Assembly: GCA_963809485.1 (NCBI GenBank)
Contig: CAWEJX010000007.1
Location: forward strand, 160,001-224,000
Reading direction: 5' to 3'
From: an uncultured Acidobacteriota bacterium
GTDB taxonomy: Bacteria; Acidobacteriota; UBA6911
Length of the DNA stretch: 64,000 nucleotides
Made by a program: the position numbers and the translations under genes. The notes under the pieces are model-generated. The model ran no database searches. It saw nothing but the letters and a program-made list of their open reading frames with translations, and was not told the DNA's origin. This document shows positions 60,123 through 64,000 of the stretch, in pieces; position 1 is the first letter of the stretch; every line of letters begins with the position of its first letter.

Positions 60123-61397
60123 ATGACCACGGCCCGCATGAAACCCGTTTTGCTTGTCATTCTGGCTGTCTTGCTTTCCGGCGTTCTCATAATAAGTGTC
60201 GCCGCCAAAGGCCCTAAAGCCGGGGCGCCTGAAAGCGTCGGCCTGTCCACGGAACGCCTGGACCGGCTCGGCAAAGCCATGCAGGACGATATCGATCAGA
60301 AAAAAACCGGCGGCATTGTCGTGCTCATTGCGCGCCACGGCGCCGTCGCCTATCACAAGGCCTTCGGCATGGCGGATATCGAATCCGCGAAGAAAATGCA
60401 GACCGACAACCTATTCCGGCTTTACTCCATGACAAAGCCCGTCACCAGCGCCGCTCTGCTGATGCTCTACGAGGAGGGGAAATTCCAGCTTACCGATCCG
60501 CTGGAGAAGTACATTCCCGCGTTTAAGAACGTAAAAGTATTCGTCAAGCTCGACGAAAAAGGCGAGATGGTACTGGAAGATCCCAAGCGGAAGATCACCA
60601 TCCAGGACGTCTTCCGCCACACCGCCGGATTTTCCTATGGTTTCGACGACACGCCGGTGGCCAAAGCCTATCAGAAGGCGGGAATGGATTTTGCCAAGAT
60701 GGATTCCCTGAAGGAACTCGTCGACAAACTCGCCACCCTGCCGCTGCTGTATCAGCCCGGCGAGCGCTGGGTTTACAGCGTCGCACACGACGTCCAGGCC
60801 TACCTGGTCGAATACTTCTCCGGCATGCGTTTCGACAAGTTCGTCCAGACCAGAATCATCGAGCCGCTGGGCATGAAAGACGCCGTATTCGGCATACCAA
60901 AGAACTACGTCAGCCGCTATACAACCTGCTACGGGCCTGCAAAGGCGGGCGGAATCGAGGCGACGGACAAGCCCGAGAGCAGCAACTATGCGCGCTACAC
61001 CGATCATCCGTTCGGCGGGCTCAGCCTCTCCTCGACCACTACGGATTACTATCTTTTCGCCCAGATGCTGCTGAACCGCGGCAAGCTCGGCAATGTGCGC
61101 CTGCTGGGCAGAAAGGCCGTTGAGCTGATGACGATGAATAACCTGCCGCCAAAGGTTCCCGATAACGGCACGCCGGGGACCGGGTATGGTTTGGGCGTCT
61201 CGGTTCTCATGGATCCGGCGCAAAACGGCAACATCGGCTCCGTCGGCCAGTTCGGCTGGGGCGGCGCGGCCACTACCTGGGTGATCATCGACCCGAAGGA
61301 AGACATGGTGGCGCTGTATTTCACCCAGTTCATGCCGATGGAGTTTAATGTCGTGAACCGTTTTCAGACGCTCGTCTACCAGGCGATCGTCGACTAG
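60123..61397 (+). CDS. Serine hydrolase, beta-lactamase-like family
   Basis: YSMTK (SxxK), HTAG, QPGERWVYS, FGWGG. Confidence 0.92.
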   Translation: MTTARMKPVLLVILAVLLSGVLIISVAAKGPKAGAPESVGLSTERLDRLGKAMQDDIDQKKTGGIVVLIARHGAVAYHKAFGMADIESAKKMQTDNLFRLYSMTKPVTSAALLMLYEEGKFQLTDPLEKYIPAFKNVKVFVKLDEKGEMVLEDPKRKITIQDVFRHTAGFSYGFDDTPVAKAYQKAGMDFAKMDSLKELVDKLATLPLLYQPGERWVYSVAHDVQAYLVEYFSGMRFDKFVQTRIIEPLGMKDAVFGIPKNYVSRYTTCYGPAKAGGIEATDKPESSNYARYTDHPFGGLSLSSTTTDYYLFAQMLLNRGKLGNVRLLGRKAVELMTMNNLPPKVPDNGTPGTGYGLGVSVLMDPAQNGNIGSVGQFGWGGAATTWVIIDPKEDMVALYFTQFMPMEFNVVNRFQTLVYQAIVD

Positions 61398-61591
61398 GGT
61401 CTTAGGTAAGAAGGTCATGCGTTTATAGTGTTTCAGTGAGGACCGGTCATAAATTTAAACGCTGACGCACGCCGATAAGCGCTGACGCACGCTGAAAAAT
61501 CATTAATAAAAAATACTATTTTCTCAGCATTTAATGTTGATTGGATGAGCATAGGCCTCCAGATCCGTCCTTCTAATGGAGCTGATTCCTA

Positions 61592-62155
61592 ATGGGCTGG
61601 TGGAGCTTGATGGCGATAGCGGTCGCCCTGGCCATGGATGCTTTTGCCGTGGCCATCGTTTCGGGATTGACCCTGAATCCTCTGACCGGAAGGCACGTGT
61701 TCCGCATGGCATTTCATTTCGGCCTGTTCCAGGCGATCATGCCGTCGATAGGCTGGGCAGCCGGCTTTGCCGTTCAGAAATACATCGCCGACTTCGATCA
61801 CTGGGTGGCTTTCGGCCTCCTGGCGTTCGTGGGCGGCAAGATGATCTGGGGGGCGCTGTCCGGCGGAGAGGGGCACCGTTCTTCAGGCGATCCCACATCG
61901 GGGTGGGAGCTCGTGATGCTTTCGGTTGCAACAAGCATCGACGCACTTGCGGTGGGCCTTTCATTAGCCCTGATTGGATCCCGGATTGTCGTGCCGGCGC
62001 TCGTTATCGGCCTCGTGGCGGCCGCATTTACGACGGCCGGAATGCTGCTTGGGCGTCAGATCGGCTCCCGCTGGGGTCGGCGCGTTGAAATTTTCGGCGG
62101 GCTTATCCTGCTGGCGATCGGCATAAGGATTGTCATCGAGCATACAATGGCCTGA
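61592..62155 (+). CDS. mntP: Manganese efflux pump MntP
   Basis: LAMDAFAV, FQAIMP, DHW.AF, ATSIDALAVG. Confidence 0.93.
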   Translation: MGWWSLMAIAVALAMDAFAVAIVSGLTLNPLTGRHVFRMAFHFGLFQAIMPSIGWAAGFAVQKYIADFDHWVAFGLLAFVGGKMIWGALSGGEGHRSSGDPTSGWELVMLSVATSIDALAVGLSLALIGSRIVVPALVIGLVAAAFTTAGMLLGRQIGSRWGRRVEIFGGLILLAIGIRIVIEHTMA

Positions 62156-62253
62156 AACAATTTCCCGCCATTGGTTATTTTGCGCCCGTACCGCATAATA
62201 AAACCTTCCGGACGCGGTTCCTTCGAACCAGCCGGGATGGGGATGGAAAAAAG

Positions 62254-62769
62254 ATGATGGTTGAATTACCCGAATACGCCCAAGTCGTTCGAGACCTGCC
62301 TCGCGGAATGCACCCTTATACTTCGCTTCTGCCGCGGATCGCAGAGAGTCCTGTCGTGCGGCGTATCGAAAGTCCGATGACACCGCTCGGGCCCCTGCTG
62401 GATTCCGCCCGGGTCAAAATCAAGACCGGGGACGGGTACGTCTACGTCGACGTCAAGATTCCCGCGATTACGCTTTTCGAGGGCTATTACCGCGAAGGCC
62501 ATCCGGTGGATTTGTACCTGGACCTTTGCCACGAACTGACCCACTTGCGGCAGCTCGCTGAGGGGCAAAATCTCTGGGACCACAGCCTGCATTACGTGGA
62601 CCGCCCCACGGAGATCGAGGGATACGCCGTCGCCGTTGAGGAAGGCCTCCGCCTTGGCCTGACGGAGGCCGACATCATCCGGCACCTGTCCAATCCATGG
62701 CTAAGCGCGGAAGAAACGGCCCGGCTGCGGGCAAACATAGACCGCTTCCTGAACGGCGCCGGTAACTGA
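62254..62769 (+). CDS. Hypothetical zincin-like protein
   Basis: CHELTH (HExxH) and downstream PTEIEGY. Confidence 0.65.
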   Translation: MMVELPEYAQVVRDLPRGMHPYTSLLPRIAESPVVRRIESPMTPLGPLLDSARVKIKTGDGYVYVDVKIPAITLFEGYYREGHPVDLYLDLCHELTHLRQLAEGQNLWDHSLHYVDRPTEIEGYAVAVEEGLRLGLTEADIIRHLSNPWLSAEETARLRANIDRFLNGAGN

Positions 62770-62864
62770 CGAACGCTGACTTAAATATTAATATTTTCCT
62801 GTCAGCGTTCGTCTGCGTTTTTATCCGCGTTTGTCAGCGTTAATTGTGGCAATGCTCACTACGG

Positions 62865-64000
62865 TTACAGTTTGCGGAGGATGTCCCAGAAGGCGCCGCG
62901 GTGCCCGTCCCGGATGGCATCGACCAGCCTCTGGTTGGAGTTGTAATTGTAGTTCTGCTTCGGCCTCGAAGGATCGAAGAAAAGGAAGCGCTCGTCGTCC
63001 CCGATGAGGGCATTCAGCCATTCAAACACAAAAGGCGCGATCTGCGGTTCGAGGAAAAACAGCGGGTCCGCATAATCGCTGCCGCCGACGAGCCCGCCGG
63101 CGTTCTCCTCGGAAGTGACGTGCTTTGCCAGCGCCGTCCCCGGATAAATTCTCACACCCAGCGAGACTCCCGCCCGATCGGGATTTGCCTGTTTGATCAG
63201 CTCCACTGTCTGGTCGATGCTCTCGCTGGTCTCTCCGGGAGAGCCCAGCAGCAGATCCAGCATGACGGCCATCCCTTCCTCTTTAGCCCAGCGAGTGACA
63301 TTGAGTATGTCTTCGGGCCCGAAACTGCGCCCCAGCCTTTTCAGCATCTCCGGATTGCCGTTGTCGGCCCCGAAATCTATTCCCACGCACCCGGCAGCGC
63401 GCATGGCCCGCGCAAGTTGAGGTGAGAATGGCGCGGGTGAGCAGTACGCATACCAGCGCAATTTATCACCCAGTCCGCGCCGGCTGATTTCCCGGCATAT
63501 TTCCAGAGCGTGCCACTCGGGAATATTGAATTCGCCGTCGCAGGTGTGCAGCGCATCGATGCCCTTTTCGAGAAGACTTTCCAGCTCGACGGCAACTGCT
63601 GCGGGCGGCCGCAGACGCACGCGCGCGCCCTTGGCCACAGGATCAGCACAGTAAACGCATTGGCCGGAACAGCCGCGCCTGGTTTCAAATCCGGCCTGCC
63701 CGCCCAGTCGAAAATAGCGCTCGTTATCCACCCAGCTGCGGCTCATCAGGGGAAGATCGCTCAGGGATCCGTAGGAAGCGGGATTGCGCTGCCATGCCGC
63801 GTCCCGCCGCCAGACCAGGCCGGGCAGGCCGCGCCATTCTTCCCTTCTCTCCAGCCGCGATGCGAGCTGAGGCAGAACAAAATCCCCTTCTCCCCACAAT
63901 CCGAAATCGGCCGCCGAGAGAGAAAGAATCGGCTCCGGCATCACGGAAAATCCGACACCGCCCAGGACGACCGGGGCGTTCGTATTTTCGCGGATGGTCC
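62865..64000 (-). CDS. B12-binding radical SAM protein; begins beyond the window end
   Basis: Frame open to the edge (PVVLGGVGFSVMP); GEG; ETRRGCSGQCVYC. Confidence 0.9.
   Translation of the reverse strand, partial: TIRENTNAPVVLGGVGFSVMPEPILSLSAADFGLWGEGDFVLPQLASRLERREEWRGLPGLVWRRDAAWQRNPASYGSLSDLPLMSRSWVDNERYFRLGGQAGFETRRGCSGQCVYCADPVAKGARVRLRPPAAVAVELESLLEKGIDALHTCDGEFNIPEWHALEICREISRRGLGDKLRWYAYCSPAPFSPQLARAMRAAGCVGIDFGADNGNPEMLKRLGRSFGPEDILNVTRWAKEEGMAVMLDLLLGSPGETSESIDQTVELIKQANPDRAGVSLGVRIYPGTALAKHVTSEENAGGLVGGSDYADPLFFLEPQIAPFVFEWLNALIGDDERFLFFDPSRPKQNYNYNSNQRLVDAIRDGHRGAFWDILRKL

Noticed and set aside
61398-61591. yybP-ykoY manganese riboswitch upstream of mntP
   Set aside because: No recognisable consensus; the gap is occupied by decamer repeats and AT-rich sequence

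Overview
Bacterial window; the gene content suggests an anaerobe, possibly Acidobacteriota-like (inference only). It is organised around a minus-strand tRNA-Ala(GGC) at 53402-53477. Right of the tRNA are ordinary genes: a zinc-ribbon/HIRAN protein, EF-P-like EfpL, PH-domain, PNPOx-like, YceI, serine hydrolase, MntP and a B12 radical SAM. An unexplained, highly paired ~200-nt non-coding element lies at 54390-54593. Left of the tRNA its 3' half recurs three times (28852, 36001, 42551), defining a tandem stack of integrated elements. (A) 42.6-53.4 kb: a capsid-less satellite-like island (int, alpA, CHC2, DUF927, iteron-like repeats) carrying four predicted RNase/TA modules. (B) 36.0-42.6 kb: an integrase+IS91-type element, MscS and IS1. 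(C) 28.9-36.0 kb: an ECF sigma and an unusually built membrane Ser/Thr kinase. The leftmost 28.8 kb is decayed accessory DNA. It holds an extended arsenic locus (arsR x2 plus a relic, acr3, arsC, two ArsP-type permeases, ArsE/F/G-like genes, a GcvH-like lipoyl carrier and OsmC) interleaved with Mo/W/Se-cofactor genes, a GlpP-regulated glycerol cluster and a REP-carrying MITE family. Family calls come from motif recognition by eye; no searches were run.
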